Below are positions 33,267 through 46,527 of a stretch of DNA of 64,000 nt, piece after piece. The stretch spans positions 11,628 to 75,627 of the IMG/VR virus record IMGVR_UViG_3300042869_000676; one strand, given 5' to 3'. The notes below the pieces were generated by a model. It did not search any database. It saw only the letters and a list, made by a program, of their open reading frames with translations, and was not told the origin of the DNA. Numbering within the stretch: the first letter of the stretch is position 1; each line of letters starts with the position of its first letter. Both the position numbers and the translations under genes were made by a program. Source of the stretch: a virus.

Positions 33267-36200
33267 ATGGGTAAATACTACTTAGGTTCTCAATCAGGCG
33301 CGCAGGTAAACTTCTCAGTAGCAGATGCTACTGGAGTTATTAGCGACTTGAACTTAAGCGGTCTTTATCTTAGCGTAACTGGTAAAGCCGCCGATTCTGC
33401 GAAACTTAACGGAACTGGCGCTGACTATTATCGAAATGCTGGTAACTTAACTGGCTATATATTTGTTGATACAACAGGAATCACAAATGATATTACTGGT
33501 TTATTAGATCTTCCTAATAACTACCTTTCAATTACTGGTAAAGCTGCCGATTCTAATCTCTTAGATGGATATGATAGCTCTTATTTTAGAGATGGAAGTA
33601 ATATTACAGGAAATGTAGTATTAAGCGGCGTTTTTACTGGTCTATTTAGCGGCGCAATATCTCATACTGATTATGTTGATTTCCATACTGGAACAACGTT
33701 TGGTTCACTTCCAGCTCGTTTAAAATGGAACGAAGAAGATGGAACAATTGACCTTGGATTAAAAGGCGGAAACGTAGTTCTTCAAGTTGGTCAAGATGCT
33801 GTTTCTTATGTATCAAATGCAGAAGCGACAACTCTTAATAAAGGTGAAGTTGTTTACTTATTCGGCGCTCATGGAGATCGCGCTTCTGTAAAAAGAGCTT
33901 CTAATTCTACTGAAGCTACATCAAGCAAAACATTAGGTGTTGTATTAGAATCTATTGCTCCAAACGGTGTTGGATTTGTAATGTCTAACGGTGTTGTTGA
34001 AGGGCTTTCTCTTGGAAGTTTTCAAGCTGGTGATTCTGTTTGGCTAGGCTCAACACCCGGCACTTTTACTGCAACTAGAGCGCTCGCTCCAAGTCATCTT
34101 GTTTTCATTGGTGTTATAGCTAGAGCAAATAACGGTAACGGTCAATTATACGTTAAAGTTCAAAACGGTTTTGAACTAAACGAAATTCATGACGTAAAAA
34201 TTACTGGTTTAGCTAACAACGATTTCTTAATTTATAATAGCGGCTCTGGTCTTTGGGGAAATAAACAAGCTGATGCTTCAATTATTGTTAACACTCCGTA
34301 CAGCGGAATTTCTTCAACTAATGTTCAAGATGCAATCAACGAATTAGAAGATGAAAAACTTTCAATCACAGGAAAAGCTGTTGATTCAGATTCTTTAGAC
34401 GGAAATGATTCAACGTATTATAGAAACGCCGCAAACTTAAGTGGTGTTGCTACTTTACCTTCTGGCGTTTTCAATTATCTTAATGTTACTGGAACTCTTG
34501 ACGCCGATTCTTTTGTTAGAAACGTAAATGTAAAAACTGGTCACTATACTTTAACAACTAGTGATGATAATATTGTTTTTGATTCCGCTACTCCATATAC
34601 TGCCACTTTAATCTCAGCTTCTTCTAATGTTGGTCGCCAATTTGTTATCACAAACAAAGGATCTGCGCAAATTACTGTTGACGCTACTTACAATGGGCAA
34701 ATTGATGGAGCTAATGCTTATTACTTAGAACAGTATAAGACTCTTGTTTTAATTAGTGATGGCGCAACTTGGAATTCTGTTGGTGGTAGCCAAGGCGTTC
34801 AAGGCTCTCAAGGATTACAAGGCGTTCAAGGAACTCAAGGCGTTCAAGGAACGCAAGGAGTTCAAGGAACGCAAGGTGTTCAGGGCACACAAGGTATTCA
34901 AGGCACTCAAGGAGTTCAAGGTACGCAAGGAATTCAAGGATTGCTTGGTATTCAAGGAGCCGAAGGCGCGCAAGGCATTCAAGGAATTCAAGGTGTTCAA
35001 GGAACAACTGGTATTCAAGGATCTGCTGGTTATATCGGCGCAGACGGTTCTCAAGGCACTTTTGGTTCGCAAGGCACACAAGGAACTCAAGGAATTCAAG
35101 GTCTTCAAGGACTTGAAGGCTCACAAGGAACTCAAGGAGTTCAAGGCGTTCAAGGCGTTCAGGGAACTCAAGGCGTTCAAGGCGTTCAAGGATTGCAGGG
35201 CGTTCAAGGAACACAAGGAATTCAAGGCACTCAAGGCTTAGAAGGCTTACAAGGCGTTCAAGGCACACAAGGAGTTCAAGGAATTACTGGCGCTCAAGGA
35301 GCAACAGGCTCACAAGGAGCGCAGGGAACTCAAGGTATTCAAGGCTTAGAAGGTGCGCAAGGTACACAAGGAGTTCAAGGAACACAAGGAATTCAAGGAT
35401 TAGAAGGACTGCAAGGCGTTCAAGGCACACAAGGAATTCAGGGCGTTCAAGGCACTCAAGGCGTTACTGGTTCTCAAGGTGCAACAGGCTCACAAGGCAC
35501 TCAAGGCACTCAAGGAGTTCAAGGAATTACTGGATCACAAGGCGCACAAGGTACTCAAGGCGTTCAAGGCACTCAAGGTGTTCAAGGCGACAGAGGTATT
35601 GAAATTTCTACTTCTGCAACTGCTCCAGTTTCTGCTGAAGCTAATGATCTTTGGTGGAATTCTTCTGACGGTAATTTAAATATTTATTATAGCAGCAATT
35701 GGGTAGAAGCTTTCTCTGCTATCGCTGGTCCACAAGGAACAACTGGTGGACAAGGTGTAACAGGCGCACAAGGAACTGCTGGAACATTCGGCGGCGCTGC
35801 TTTCGATTATACTTTCAGCGACTCAACAACTGACGCTGACCCAACATCTGGTAAACTTCGTTTAAATAACGCTCTATTCTCTTCTGCTACTGAATTATAC
35901 ATTAGCCAAACAGACGATTTAAGCGTTTCTATATACAATTTCTTACAGACCATTGATGATTCTACTTCTGCAATCAAAGGTCACTTCTCGATCACTAGCA
36001 AAACAACTCCAGCTAATTCTGTTTTATTTAGTATCACTGGAAGTCATACTCATGCGACAAATTACTTTAAAGTTCCAGTAAGTAAATTATCTGGCGTAAA
36101 TTCTTTCTCAAACAACGAAGACATTGTAATTACTTTTGCTAGAACTGGTGACGTTGGTGACGCTGGCGCTCAAGGTACACAAGGGTTGCAAGGCGTTCAA

Positions 36201-39200
36201 GGGTTGCAAGGCGTTCAAGGGTTGCAAGGCGTTCAAGGGTTGCAGGGCGTTCAAGGAATCCAAGGAGAAACTGGTTCGCAAGGAGCAACTGGTTCTCAAG
36301 GCGTTCAAGGGTTGCAGGGCGTTCAAGGATTGCAGGGATTAGAAGGTGCTCAAGGCGTTCAAGGCGTTCAAGGAACGCAAGGAATCCAAGGAGAAACTGG
36401 TCTACAAGGAGCAACTGGTAGCCAAGGAACACAAGGAGTTCAAGGAATCACTGGTCTGCAAGGCACGACGGGATCACAAGGAACTCAAGGCGTTCAAGGA
36501 ACTATTGGTTCTCAAGGAACTGCTGGTTACATTGGCGCTGATGGCGCACAAGGAGCAACTGGAACAACTGGCGCTCAAGGATCGCAAGGAATTCAAGGCG
36601 TTCAGGGTGTTCAGGGAGTTCAAGGCACTCAAGGTGTTCAGGGCACGCAAGGACTTCAAGGCGTTCAAGGATTGCAAGGCGTTCAAGGCGTTCAAGGCGT
36701 CACTGGCTCGCAAGGCGCTAGCGGCTACGTTGGTTCTGATGGCGCGCAAGGCTCCACAGGCGCGCAAGGCATTCAAGGCTTGCAAGGTGTTCAAGGTCTT
36801 AAAGGAACACAAATAACAACATCTGACTCTGCGCCCGGCTCTCCAACCGTTAATGATCTTTGGTGGAACTCCACATCTGGTACATTGATGATTTATTACT
36901 ATGATGGCGATACTTTTCAATGGGTAGATGCTGCTGCTGGCGCAGTTGGTTCGCAAGGTGCAACAGGTGCTCAAGGTGCAGTTGGTGCGCAAGGCGCAAC
37001 TGGTTCACAAGGCGCTCAAGGAACTCAAGGAGTTCAGGGAGCTAACGGCTCGCAAGGAACAACTGGAGATACTGGTGCTCAAGGCTCAACTGGCGCTCAA
37101 GGCGTTCAAGGCATCACTGGTACGCAAGGTATCACTGGTCAAACAGGCGCTCAAGGAGCAACTGGCGCACAAGGAACTTCTGGAACAAACGGTTCACAAG
37201 GAACAACTGGTAGCCAAGGAGCTACTGGTACACAAGGAACAGTAGGAGCACAAGGAACAACTGGTGCTCAGGGCGTTCAAGGAACTTCGGGAGCTTCGAT
37301 TCTTGGTACAGCGAATACTTGGGCAAATACAAATGCGTTTACGACGTTGAGCGCGAGCAGTTCAATCAGCGGTGCAGTTGGAGCATATTTTCCTTCTATT
37401 TCGCCCGCGCCATCTGGCTCTAATCTAGAAGTAGGTTATGACTCCGGCAGCAACATTGGTGTGTTACAGGCTTACAATCGCACAGGCTCTGCTTGGCGCG
37501 ATGTCGGAATGTATGGGTTGACTTCAAAACACTTTGCCAGCGGTTCCTTGATTGGCACATTCTCCTCCACCGGCCTCGCCGTGACCGGGGCGTTGTCGTC
37601 TACCACAGGAGCCAACTTTGCGACGAGCAGCGGCAACGTCGGCATTGGGACGAGTTCGCCTTCTGGATATTTGGCAAACAAACTTGTCATAAATACAGGC
37701 ACTGATTACAACAATGGCATAACTATCGCTAGTGCATCAAATAGAAATGGCTCAATCTGGTTTGGTGATGGAACAACGGGCAATGAGTCGTATCGTGGCG
37801 GCATTGATTATCAACACACCACAGACACATTGTATTTATACGCAGGTGCTTTAGGTAATTTCACACTCACCTCCACTGGCGTCGCCGTGACTGGAACAAT
37901 TAGCGGTACTGGAGCAAATACATTTGTTTCAACCACAGCAAGTGGTAACTGGGGATTTGTTCACAGTAATTTTTATGCGGGTCAGGGTGGAAATGTATAT
38001 AGCAAAGGTTTCAGCAGCGGAGCCATAGGCATCTTTAATGGAAGTGTCACTGCCCAAGATATTTATTTGTACAATCAGAACGACCCAGGCGCCGGTATTC
38101 TTGTATTAAAAGCCAGCGGTAACGTCGGCATTGGGACGACGAGTCCTACGTCTAAACTGACAACATATTATACAGGAATTTACGACAGTAATACTACTCG
38201 GTTTGTTGACATTGCTGGTGAGTTTTTTGGAACTGATCCATCTTCAGCCACTAACGCGGGAGCTTTTACTGGCATAAGAATGGGTAACATTACGGCTGGA
38301 AAATACGCCATGATGGGCGCGGTTTCTGAAGATAATTTAGGTTTTTCAAGAGCGAATGGTTTATCTTTTTGGACATCTCCGCAGGACACTGCGCCAATCG
38401 AGAGGTTGCGTATTAGCAACGCTGGTAACGTCGGCATTGGTACTGCGAGTCCTAGCGCAAAACTTGAAGTTAATGCCGGAACTGGAACTCCTGCATTTAA
38501 TAACGGAATTGCAATAGTAACAGGTAATAGTACATTTACTGATGGTCACGGTGGCATACTTCAGTTTCAAAATGAAGATGTGATAACGGCAGCAGTTAGA
38601 GGAATAAGAGAAGCTGGTTGGGGTTCTGCGATAGCTCTATATACCCATAATACAAGTTCCGGAAATACATTTGGCACTACTGTCGTAGAGAGAATGCGCA
38701 TCGACAGCAGCGGCACTCTGCTGGTGGGGACGACAAATACTGATCCAACATTTAACCGTGTTAATGGCACAAACATTACGAGCGATGGAAGAATTTATGC
38801 GCGAGCTACTGGTTCTTGGGACTTAGGTGCCAATAGCTCTACTCCAATTCATATTGCATTTTATACAGACAACGGCTCTGCGCGGGTAAATGCTGGCTCA
38901 ATTAGTTCGTCTGGCAGCACCACAACCTACGCAACCAGTTCCGACTATCGCCGCAAATCTAACGTCCAAGACCTTACTGGCAGCGGCGCGTTTATCGACG
39001 CTCTAAAACCGCGCACGTTCGATTGGGATACTGGCGACAAGGGCGTTGGTTTCGTTGCTCACGAATTTGCTGAGGTATCTCCTTCGTCTGTTAGTGGCGA
39101 AAAAGACGCCGTAGATTCTGACGGCAAGCCTGTCTATCAAGCCATGCAAGCCTCCTCATCTGAAGTTATCGCCAACCTAGTTGCAGAACTTCAATCCCTA

Positions 39201-39233
39201 CGCGCCCGCGTAGCCGCACTCGAAACCAACTAA
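33267..39233 (+). CDS. large collagen-like fibre (1988 aa) with GNVGIGT repeats and an S74 chaperone
   Basis: Three G-X-Q blocks, two APxxx..NDLWWNS domains, GNVGIGT repeats, SSDYRRK and GFVAHE. Confidence 0.85.
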   Translation: MGKYYLGSQSGAQVNFSVADATGVISDLNLSGLYLSVTGKAADSAKLNGTGADYYRNAGNLTGYIFVDTTGITNDITGLLDLPNNYLSITGKAADSNLLDGYDSSYFRDGSNITGNVVLSGVFTGLFSGAISHTDYVDFHTGTTFGSLPARLKWNEEDGTIDLGLKGGNVVLQVGQDAVSYVSNAEATTLNKGEVVYLFGAHGDRASVKRASNSTEATSSKTLGVVLESIAPNGVGFVMSNGVVEGLSLGSFQAGDSVWLGSTPGTFTATRALAPSHLVFIGVIARANNGNGQLYVKVQNGFELNEIHDVKITGLANNDFLIYNSGSGLWGNKQADASIIVNTPYSGISSTNVQDAINELEDEKLSITGKAVDSDSLDGNDSTYYRNAANLSGVATLPSGVFNYLNVTGTLDADSFVRNVNVKTGHYTLTTSDDNIVFDSATPYTATLISASSNVGRQFVITNKGSAQITVDATYNGQIDGANAYYLEQYKTLVLISDGATWNSVGGSQGVQGSQGLQGVQGTQGVQGTQGVQGTQGVQGTQGIQGTQGVQGTQGIQGLLGIQGAEGAQGIQGIQGVQGTTGIQGSAGYIGADGSQGTFGSQGTQGTQGIQGLQGLEGSQGTQGVQGVQGVQGTQGVQGVQGLQGVQGTQGIQGTQGLEGLQGVQGTQGVQGITGAQGATGSQGAQGTQGIQGLEGAQGTQGVQGTQGIQGLEGLQGVQGTQGIQGVQGTQGVTGSQGATGSQGTQGTQGVQGITGSQGAQGTQGVQGTQGVQGDRGIEISTSATAPVSAEANDLWWNSSDGNLNIYYSSNWVEAFSAIAGPQGTTGGQGVTGAQGTAGTFGGAAFDYTFSDSTTDADPTSGKLRLNNALFSSATELYISQTDDLSVSIYNFLQTIDDSTSAIKGHFSITSKTTPANSVLFSITGSHTHATNYFKVPVSKLSGVNSFSNNEDIVITFARTGDVGDAGAQGTQGLQGVQGLQGVQGLQGVQGLQGVQGIQGETGSQGATGSQGVQGLQGVQGLQGLEGAQGVQGVQGTQGIQGETGLQGATGSQGTQGVQGITGLQGTTGSQGTQGVQGTIGSQGTAGYIGADGAQGATGTTGAQGSQGIQGVQGVQGVQGTQGVQGTQGLQGVQGLQGVQGVQGVTGSQGASGYVGSDGAQGSTGAQGIQGLQGVQGLKGTQITTSDSAPGSPTVNDLWWNSTSGTLMIYYYDGDTFQWVDAAAGAVGSQGATGAQGAVGAQGATGSQGAQGTQGVQGANGSQGTTGDTGAQGSTGAQGVQGITGTQGITGQTGAQGATGAQGTSGTNGSQGTTGSQGATGTQGTVGAQGTTGAQGVQGTSGASILGTANTWANTNAFTTLSASSSISGAVGAYFPSISPAPSGSNLEVGYDSGSNIGVLQAYNRTGSAWRDVGMYGLTSKHFASGSLIGTFSSTGLAVTGALSSTTGANFATSSGNVGIGTSSPSGYLANKLVINTGTDYNNGITIASASNRNGSIWFGDGTTGNESYRGGIDYQHTTDTLYLYAGALGNFTLTSTGVAVTGTISGTGANTFVSTTASGNWGFVHSNFYAGQGGNVYSKGFSSGAIGIFNGSVTAQDIYLYNQNDPGAGILVLKASGNVGIGTTSPTSKLTTYYTGIYDSNTTRFVDIAGEFFGTDPSSATNAGAFTGIRMGNITAGKYAMMGAVSEDNLGFSRANGLSFWTSPQDTAPIERLRISNAGNVGIGTASPSAKLEVNAGTGTPAFNNGIAIVTGNSTFTDGHGGILQFQNEDVITAAVRGIREAGWGSAIALYTHNTSSGNTFGTTVVERMRIDSSGTLLVGTTNTDPTFNRVNGTNITSDGRIYARATGSWDLGANSSTPIHIAFYTDNGSARVNAGSISSSGSTTTYATSSDYRRKSNVQDLTGSGAFIDALKPRTFDWDTGDKGVGFVAHEFAEVSPSSVSGEKDAVDSDGKPVYQAMQASSSEVIANLVAELQSLRARVAALETN

Positions 39234-39278
39234 TATACCTATTAGAAACTAACAGAAATTAATGTAAAATAATATAGT

Positions 39279-42002
39279 ATGGCCGTTCCAATTTCATTTC
39301 CCGCAAACCCGACTGTAAATCAAGTCTATACTAACGCCCAAAACAAAAATTGGCGCTGGAACGGTACGTCTTGGAAAGCTTTCAACAGCTCTTTCTTTGA
39401 TACTACAAATGCGGACAATATTGTAACTGGAACACTTGCTAATGCGCGAATTCATTCAGTATTAACTGGAAAGACATATAACGGAATTTCGCCAACAACT
39501 CATACCACCGGGTTCTCTGTTGCTGGTGGAAGTGAAACTAGCAAAACTTTAACTGTTCGCAACACTTTAGCTATTCAAGGAACTGATAATGGTTATTTGG
39601 ATATTGGAGCTGGTGGAGTTCTTAAGAGCGCCGCTTTTACTGATGCTTCGCAAGGAACTACAGGCGCGCAGGGTACGCAGGGCGTGCAAGGCACTCAAGG
39701 AGTGCAGGGAACTACTGGTATTCAAGGGTCGCAGGGCGTTCAGGGGTTGCAGGGAGTTCAGGGTACTCAAGGTATCACTGGCTCGCAAGGTGCGACAGGA
39801 TCGCAAGGAACTGGTGGAACAATCGGCGTAAATGGCGCTCAAGGTTCAACTGGAGCTACTGGTTCGCAGGGTACTACAGGAACAACAGGAACAACAGGAG
39901 CTACAGGCTCGCAAGGTGCTCAAGGAACGCAAGGAAGAACAGGCGCGCAGGGAACAACAGGAACTACTGGTAATACTGGTAATACTGGTTCGCAAGGCGC
40001 GACAGGCTCAACAGGTAATACTGGTAATACTGGTTCTACTGGCGCAACTGGCGCAACAGGCGCACAAGGAACTTCGGGTGCAACAATTTTAGGTAACACT
40101 CAAGCTTGGAGTGCGGTAAATTCTTATAATTATCTTAGTGCAAGTGGAATTGCAAATAGTTCGTTTAGTATTGGCACTTCCGTACTTGGTGGCGTTCATA
40201 TTAATCCAGGCGGTGGGACTGGTGGAGGAAATTCCTACGAAGGCGCAATTACTTTCGGCGTTGGTAACAATGCAGCTGCTCAAGCTGGTATTTACGTAAG
40301 TAATAACGGCAGTGAAGGTACTCATATGGCTTTTGCTACTACGGACAGTTACGCAACTGGCCCGCAGATTGGTTTGAGAATTATGAATACTGGTTATTCA
40401 TATTTTCCAAGAAACTATGTTGAATCTGCTGGAAGTTTTCGCGCTCCATTATTTTATGATAGTAATAATACAAGTTATTATTGTGATCCAGCGAGCGGAA
40501 CTAATCTTAATGGAACATTTGTAAATAATGGCGGAACAACAATGACTGGTGGTTGGAATCGCAGCATGCTTTTGTCTGCCACGTTTCCAGTTCTTGTATT
40601 TGGTTCTAATGCTACAAAATTTTCGGGAATAGGTGTTGATTACAGTAGTGCCGCAGCAGGAATGTTTTTCTGGGTTAACGGTTCCAGCAGTGATATTAGC
40701 GGAACTGGAAACGTAGCTCTTGGTATTAATACTGGTAATTATGTAACAGCTTATGGTTCATTCCGCGCACCAATTTTCTATGACAGTAATGATACAGGAT
40801 ATTATTGCGATCCAGCCAGTACCAGTAGATTAAATGCAATTACCTATACTAATATGTATAGTTCGGCTAGTTCGGCTTACGGGTTTTTTGGAAATAATGT
40901 TTATACAGATACTGTAAATTCTGGCGCTGCTGGTGATCCATTGGAATTATGTTATCATACAGGAGCTTATACTACTACATCTGGTAGTATGCGAGCGCCA
41001 CTTTTTTATGATAGCAGTAATACTTCATATTATTGTGATCCTGCATCTACATCAGTATTGTATAGAACATTAACTTCTCATGTTTCTCTAGATTCAACGC
41101 GTGTTGTTGCTCCAGGAGGTGGATCATATACAACTCAATCATCCTCTATTACTGGTGCGATTAAAATTAAACTTCCAACAGCCAAGCTTAATTCAAATAC
41201 GATGTTGCGTTTTACTGTTAAAATTTACCAGTATAGCACGGGTTTATGTCATGAATTTAATATTGGTGGATATAATTACAATGGTGGTCAATGGTATAAT
41301 GTATTTGCAACTCAAGTTAGCGATGGATCGACTTCTCCATATACCGTAAGATTTGGTTATGATTCGACTGCAAATTGTATTTGGATAGGAGAAACTGGCA
41401 GTTCTTGGTATTATCCTCAAGTTTTCGTAACCGATTTTCAAGCAGGATATTCAGCAATTAATAGTGATTGGGCTGACGGTTGGGAAGTCAGTTATGTAAC
41501 TTCTTTCAATTCAGTAACTGAATCTAGAGTAGCTTCAATGGCGTTCACAACCAATAATGGTTCTGGAACAACATTATATGCTACTATTTTTTACGACGCT
41601 AACAATACCGCATATTATGTAGATCCAACTGATAGTTCCACTTCTATTCGTTGCGCTGGGAATATCACAGCTTATTACTCCGACGAACGCTTAAAAACCC
41701 ATTTAGGTAAAATTGAAAACGCAGTTGATAAAGTCAAAACATTAGAAGGTTTCTATTACGAAGCTAACTCTATCGCTCAATCTTTTGGCTATAAAGTTAA
41801 ACGTGAAGTTGGCGTAGGCGCACAAGCTGTTCAAAAAGTTCTTCCCGAAATCGTTTCAGAAGCGCCAGCTTCTGCGAAATACCTTACGATTGATTACTCA
41901 AAGCTAGCTCCTCTTCTCATTGAAGCAATTAAAGAACAACAACAACAGATTGAACACCAACAACTCCAAATCGAAGAACTAAAAGCGTTAATTAAAAAAT
42001 AA
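39279..42002 (+). CDS. collagen-like fibre with FRAP.FYDS..T.YYCDP repeats and an S74 chaperone
   Basis: FP..P..NQ.Y N-terminus, Gly-X-Y run, four FYD..N..YY.DP repeats, SDERLK. Confidence 0.85.
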   Translation: MAVPISFPANPTVNQVYTNAQNKNWRWNGTSWKAFNSSFFDTTNADNIVTGTLANARIHSVLTGKTYNGISPTTHTTGFSVAGGSETSKTLTVRNTLAIQGTDNGYLDIGAGGVLKSAAFTDASQGTTGAQGTQGVQGTQGVQGTTGIQGSQGVQGLQGVQGTQGITGSQGATGSQGTGGTIGVNGAQGSTGATGSQGTTGTTGTTGATGSQGAQGTQGRTGAQGTTGTTGNTGNTGSQGATGSTGNTGNTGSTGATGATGAQGTSGATILGNTQAWSAVNSYNYLSASGIANSSFSIGTSVLGGVHINPGGGTGGGNSYEGAITFGVGNNAAAQAGIYVSNNGSEGTHMAFATTDSYATGPQIGLRIMNTGYSYFPRNYVESAGSFRAPLFYDSNNTSYYCDPASGTNLNGTFVNNGGTTMTGGWNRSMLLSATFPVLVFGSNATKFSGIGVDYSSAAAGMFFWVNGSSSDISGTGNVALGINTGNYVTAYGSFRAPIFYDSNDTGYYCDPASTSRLNAITYTNMYSSASSAYGFFGNNVYTDTVNSGAAGDPLELCYHTGAYTTTSGSMRAPLFYDSSNTSYYCDPASTSVLYRTLTSHVSLDSTRVVAPGGGSYTTQSSSITGAIKIKLPTAKLNSNTMLRFTVKIYQYSTGLCHEFNIGGYNYNGGQWYNVFATQVSDGSTSPYTVRFGYDSTANCIWIGETGSSWYYPQVFVTDFQAGYSAINSDWADGWEVSYVTSFNSVTESRVASMAFTTNNGSGTTLYATIFYDANNTAYYVDPTDSSTSIRCAGNITAYYSDERLKTHLGKIENAVDKVKTLEGFYYEANSIAQSFGYKVKREVGVGAQAVQKVLPEIVSEAPASAKYLTIDYSKLAPLLIEAIKEQQQQIEHQQLQIEELKALIKK

Positions 42003-42008
42003 TTTAAA

Positions 42009-45000
42009 ATGGCCCTTAATTTCCCAACATCACCAGAACTAAATCAAGTTTATACCAGCGGCACCCGGAGTTGGCGTTGGGATGGCTCGTCTTGGGTCGC
42101 AAACAATAGCGTAACGAATATATTAGGCTATATCCCGGTTAATAAGGCGGGCGACACTATGAGTGGCGGCTTAAATGTGCCAAATGTTAACGCTGTTACT
42201 GTTACGGCGAATTCTAGTGGATTTAGCATCGCTGGTGGTAGTTCTTCGTCAAAAACTTTAACTGTTTCAAATGGAGTAACTATTGCTGGAACAGATGGTT
42301 CAACTTTAAATATTGGCGCTGGTGGAACTCTTTTAAGTGGCGCTTTTCAAGCTTCTTCGCAAGGAACAACTGGCGCGCAAGGCGTGCAAGGAACAACTGG
42401 TTCGCAAGGCGCTCAAGGAACAGATGGAGTACAAGGAAACACAGGCGCACAAGGCACACAAGGACTTACTGGACCTAATGGCATACAGGGCGCAACTGGA
42501 ACTCAAGGCTCTACAGGAACTCAAGGAGCAACTGGCGTTCAAGGTTCAACTGGTGCTCAAGGAATTCAAGGAATTACTGGTTCGCAAGGTGCAACTGGAA
42601 CGCAAGGAGCAGTAGGTTCAACAGGCGGAACAGGAGCAACTGGCTCTACTGGCGTTCAAGGTTCAACTGGCGCTCAAGGAACTTCGGGCGCATCTATTTT
42701 AGGAACTAATAACACTTGGACTGGAACAAATGCGTTTACTTATCCGTCAGGCACCGCAATTATTTCATTAGATAGTACAGCTTCTTTAGGTACTGGTACT
42801 GGACTCAGCCTTGCTTGGAGATCGTATTCAAATTCGGGAAATAGTATTCTAGCAACAACAGCTGCTATGAGAGGAGCTAGAGAAAACTCTACTTCTGGTA
42901 ATTATGCTGGTTTATTTTCTATATATACCACAGATTCTGGTGGATCTAATCTTGAGCGTTTTCATATTAATAGTAGTGGAAATGTTGGTATTGGTACGAC
43001 GAGTCCTGCTGCAAAACTCCATGTCAATGGTGGTGAAATTTACGTTCAAAGCACCGACTATGGTCGCGTAATGTTTGTTCGTGGTAGTACTAGCATTTGG
43101 GCTGTTGGACCAAGAAACACGGACGATCTTTACATTCGCCGCGAAGGTGGGTCGGCAAATGTGATTTTTGATGGTGGCAACGTCGGCATTGGCGTAACCG
43201 CACCAACAGCTTCCTTACAGGTTGCTTCGTCTTCTGCTCTTGCTGCCGGTAATCCTTCAATTATTTTGCAAGGCTCAAATAACACAGAGCGGATTAGTAT
43301 CCGCAGCACATCCGCGTCTGTATTTGTTGCTCAATTTGCCAATGGCACACTTGCAAGCCCAACGGCTGTAACCACTGGCAACTTTCTTGGTAGCTACCAA
43401 TTTGGCGGATATGCTGCAACGCTTTGGACTAGGGGCGCACAAGTCTCTGGTTCTGCCGCTGGCACATGGACAGACACAAGCACCCCAGCAAATATAGTAT
43501 TTGAAACAGTTCCCTCAGGCTCTACAGGATTTTTAGAACGTATGCGTATCGACAGCAGCGGTAACGTCGGTATTGGAACGGCAAGTCCTGCAAATAGATT
43601 ATCGGTCGCTGGTTCAGGTACATCGCTATTTCACTTTTTAGGCGAAGGTAATACATATTATGTATTACGTTCTAGAAATAGTGCAGATAGCGCGTTTGCT
43701 GATTTAGTATTAAGAACTGATGATTTTGTAATAGAAGCAGGAACTTCTGGAGCAGTAACCGAACGTCTTAGATTAGGAGATACTGGTAATTTTAATATAG
43801 ATTCAGGAACATTTTTTGTTGACGCTCTAAATGACAGGGTCGGCATTGGTACGACGAGTCCTGCTTATAAATTACATCTCAGTGGAGGTTCTGATACTCG
43901 TATTCAAATAGACGCAACCTCTACTCAAGGATTTTATTTTACAAAGGCAGGAACTAATAACGGAACATTTCGCGTAGATACTGACGGTAATTTTGAGTTT
44001 TACACCAAGACGGTTTCCCAAGCAATGGTTCTAACGGCTGCTGGCAAAGTCGGCATTGGGACGACGAGTCCCGGAGCAACATTAGACGTAAACGGAAACG
44101 GACGTTTTATACAAAACGCCGCAGCGACGACAGGAGCAATTATTCTTCGTCAAGCCGCAGCAGATGCGGAAGGTTCATTCATTCAGTGGGTCAATAATGC
44201 GAACACCGTTGAAAAAGGTTGGTTTACTGTAGATACATCTAGCAACATGAAATTTGCTACGGTTTCTACCGAGCGGATGCGTATAACTTCGACAGGCAAC
44301 GTAGGTATTGGGACTAGCTCACCTGGTAACTTTAGATTGAATGTCACATATAGTACAGGTAATTATGCGCCTGTAGAATTTAGCGGACCAGGAGTAGCGG
44401 CTTGGGGTATTGGATTAGTTGTGCGAACAACTGGCGGCACTGATGGTGCGGCAATTTTATTAAGAAACCGTGACGTAAAAAACTGGCAAATTCGTGGTGA
44501 AGCTAGCGGAACAGGATTTCATATTACAGAAGATGGTGGTGATGGAAATTACGGTAGCGGATTCGGTACTGCAAGATTGACGATTGCTGCTGGCGGCGCT
44601 GTCAATATTCCCGGTTCTCTTTCCAAAGGTTCTGGCTCATTCCGCATTGAACATCCACTACCTTCAAAATCCGAAACCCACGAACTTGTTCACTCTTTCA
44701 TCGAAGGTCCACAAGCTGATCTTATTTATCGCGGTAAAGCAACACTAGTAAACGGTGCTGCATCCGTGAATATTGACACCTCCGCCACTATGACAGAAGG
44801 CACATTTGAAGCTCTCTGCCGTGAAGTTCAATGTTTCACTACTAACGAAAGCGGTTGGACTGCTATTCGTGGAAAAGTTACAGGCAATATTCTCACAATT
44901 CAAGCTCAAGATTCTACCTGCACAGACGAAATTTCTTGGATGGTAATTGGCGAACGCCAAGACAAACATATGATGGATACTGAATGGACAGACGAAAATG

Positions 45001-45077
45001 GTAAAGTAATTGTTGAGCCTTTAAAACCAGTTAAAGAATTAGCAAGCGATAGTGAAACAACAGAAACTAATTCTTAA
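42009..45077 (+). CDS. collagen-like fibre with multiple (GN)VGIG repeats
   Basis: N-terminus paralogous to 39279. Six VGIG repeats. C-terminal [12 protein letters not shown]...HSFIEGP domain. Confidence 0.85.
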   Translation: MALNFPTSPELNQVYTSGTRSWRWDGSSWVANNSVTNILGYIPVNKAGDTMSGGLNVPNVNAVTVTANSSGFSIAGGSSSSKTLTVSNGVTIAGTDGSTLNIGAGGTLLSGAFQASSQGTTGAQGVQGTTGSQGAQGTDGVQGNTGAQGTQGLTGPNGIQGATGTQGSTGTQGATGVQGSTGAQGIQGITGSQGATGTQGAVGSTGGTGATGSTGVQGSTGAQGTSGASILGTNNTWTGTNAFTYPSGTAIISLDSTASLGTGTGLSLAWRSYSNSGNSILATTAAMRGARENSTSGNYAGLFSIYTTDSGGSNLERFHINSSGNVGIGTTSPAAKLHVNGGEIYVQSTDYGRVMFVRGSTSIWAVGPRNTDDLYIRREGGSANVIFDGGNVGIGVTAPTASLQVASSSALAAGNPSIILQGSNNTERISIRSTSASVFVAQFANGTLASPTAVTTGNFLGSYQFGGYAATLWTRGAQVSGSAAGTWTDTSTPANIVFETVPSGSTGFLERMRIDSSGNVGIGTASPANRLSVAGSGTSLFHFLGEGNTYYVLRSRNSADSAFADLVLRTDDFVIEAGTSGAVTERLRLGDTGNFNIDSGTFFVDALNDRVGIGTTSPAYKLHLSGGSDTRIQIDATSTQGFYFTKAGTNNGTFRVDTDGNFEFYTKTVSQAMVLTAAGKVGIGTTSPGATLDVNGNGRFIQNAAATTGAIILRQAAADAEGSFIQWVNNANTVEKGWFTVDTSSNMKFATVSTERMRITSTGNVGIGTSSPGNFRLNVTYSTGNYAPVEFSGPGVAAWGIGLVVRTTGGTDGAAILLRNRDVKNWQIRGEASGTGFHITEDGGDGNYGSGFGTARLTIAAGGAVNIPGSLSKGSGSFRIEHPLPSKSETHELVHSFIEGPQADLIYRGKATLVNGAASVNIDTSATMTEGTFEALCREVQCFTTNESGWTAIRGKVTGNILTIQAQDSTCTDEISWMVIGERQDKHMMDTEWTDENGKVIVEPLKPVKELASDSETTETNS

Positions 45078-45141
45078 AATACACCAACAACACAACAAAA
45101 ACTTATTAGATAAAAACGTTGTTTAATTAATAATAAATAAA

Positions 45142-46107
45142 ATGCCACTCCCGGTATCACCAAATCCAATTTCCCTTAACCTAGTTAATTTAGAACTTGG
45201 TCTTGCAGGAACAGCGACGATTTCAATGAACGACGCTGCTGTGCGTACTCTTGCTGGTGTTGGCGGCAGTGGCACAACGATTTCTATGAGTAATTTGCAT
45301 GGAAAGAGTAATTCTATTTCAGCTACTGGTGGCACAGTAACTACAAGCGGCGGATATAAGATACATACATTTACTTCTTCTGGAACTTTCTCGGTTTCAT
45401 CAGTTCCTTCTGGAGCTACAATAAGATATTTAGTAGTTGCTGGAGGTGGCGGTGGCGGTGGAGCTTCTGGCTTTTTCGGAGCTGGTGGTGGAGCTGGCGG
45501 ATTAAGATATAGTGGGTCATACTCAATTTCGGCTGGAAGTTACGCTGTAACAGTTGGCGGCGGCGGTGGTGGAGCTGCGCGTGGTGACGGAGGATCTGGA
45601 GCTACTGGATCAGGATCTTCTTTTGCCTCTATTTCTAGCTCAAGCGGTGGTGGCGGCGGAGCTTACGGAAATAACGGAGGCGGTAACGGAGGTTCTGGCG
45701 GTGGCGCTGCTCAATCTCACGCGTCTATAGGCTATGCTGATGGAGGCGGCAGCGGGAATAACGGAGGAGAAGGAAGTCCATGGGGACGCGGCGGCGGTGG
45801 TGGCGCAGGAGCTGTAGGCGGAAACGCTATTGATGGAAATCTTCAAGGAGGAGCTGGCGGATCTGGTCTTTCTTACGATATTTCAGGAACTAGTACAGCT
45901 TACGCTGGAGGCGGTGGTGGCGCTGGATATTATGTTGGAGGAGGCGCTGGTTCTGGAGGTGGTGGCACTGGTGGCGTAGGGCAAAGTGACGTTGGCGCAA
46001 CAGCTGGCCAATCTGGAACTGGCGGTGGTGGCGGTGGCGGAACAAATTCTAACGGCGGACAAAACGGAGGTTCTGGAGTAGTTATCATTAGTTACTTAGG
46101 AGCTTAA
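45142..46107 (+). CDS. glycine-rich virion protein
   Basis: IHTFTSSGTF, YLVVAGGGGG, YAGGGGG and GGSGVVII motifs. Confidence 0.8.
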   Translation: MPLPVSPNPISLNLVNLELGLAGTATISMNDAAVRTLAGVGGSGTTISMSNLHGKSNSISATGGTVTTSGGYKIHTFTSSGTFSVSSVPSGATIRYLVVAGGGGGGGASGFFGAGGGAGGLRYSGSYSISAGSYAVTVGGGGGGAARGDGGSGATGSGSSFASISSSSGGGGGAYGNNGGGNGGSGGGAAQSHASIGYADGGGSGNNGGEGSPWGRGGGGGAGAVGGNAIDGNLQGGAGGSGLSYDISGTSTAYAGGGGGAGYYVGGGAGSGGGGTGGVGQSDVGATAGQSGTGGGGGGGTNSNGGQNGGSGVVIISYLGA

Positions 46108-46117
46108 TAAAAATTTT

Positions 46118-46462
46118 ATGGCACACTTCGCAGAAATTAATTCGCAAAATCTAGTATTAAGAGTTCTTGTTGTTCCTGATGAAGAACAGCATCGCGGACA
46201 AGAGTTCTTAGCTAGTGACCTTAAACTTGGAGGAACTTGGATTCAAACAAGTTATAATGGAACTATTAGAAAAAATTACGCAGGAATAGGAGATACCTAT
46301 GATTCTTCTAGAGATGCTTTTATTTCTCCTAAACCGTTTCCATCATTCGTTCTAAACGAACAAACTTGCAGATGGCAAGCTCCAGTGCCATGCCCAAGCG
46401 GAGAACTTCATGAGTGGAACGAAGCTTCTTTAAACTGGATTTTAGTTCAACCTCCTGTTTAA
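46118..46462 (+). CDS. conserved small protein accompanying glycine-rich fibres
   Basis: MAHFAEI, W.QTSYN...RKNYAGIG..YD...DAF..P.P.PS motifs. Confidence 0.75.
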   Translation: MAHFAEINSQNLVLRVLVVPDEEQHRGQEFLASDLKLGGTWIQTSYNGTIRKNYAGIGDTYDSSRDAFISPKPFPSFVLNEQTCRWQAPVPCPSGELHEWNEASLNWILVQPPV

Positions 46463-46477
46463 AAAAATCTAACCAAT

Positions 46478-46506
46478 AAAAAAGCCCCGAATTTCTTCGG
46501 GGCTTT
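46478..46506. terminator. bidirectional intrinsic terminator between convergent late units
   Basis: AAAAAAGCCCCGAA-TTTC-TTCGGGGCTTT. Confidence 0.85.
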
Positions 46507-46527
46507 GTTGTTTATGGGGTATTTAGT

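Noticed and set aside
30797-45077. Diversity-generating retroelement acting on the fibres
   Set aside because: No reverse transcriptase in the window, and no template/variable repeat pair differing at adenines was seen.
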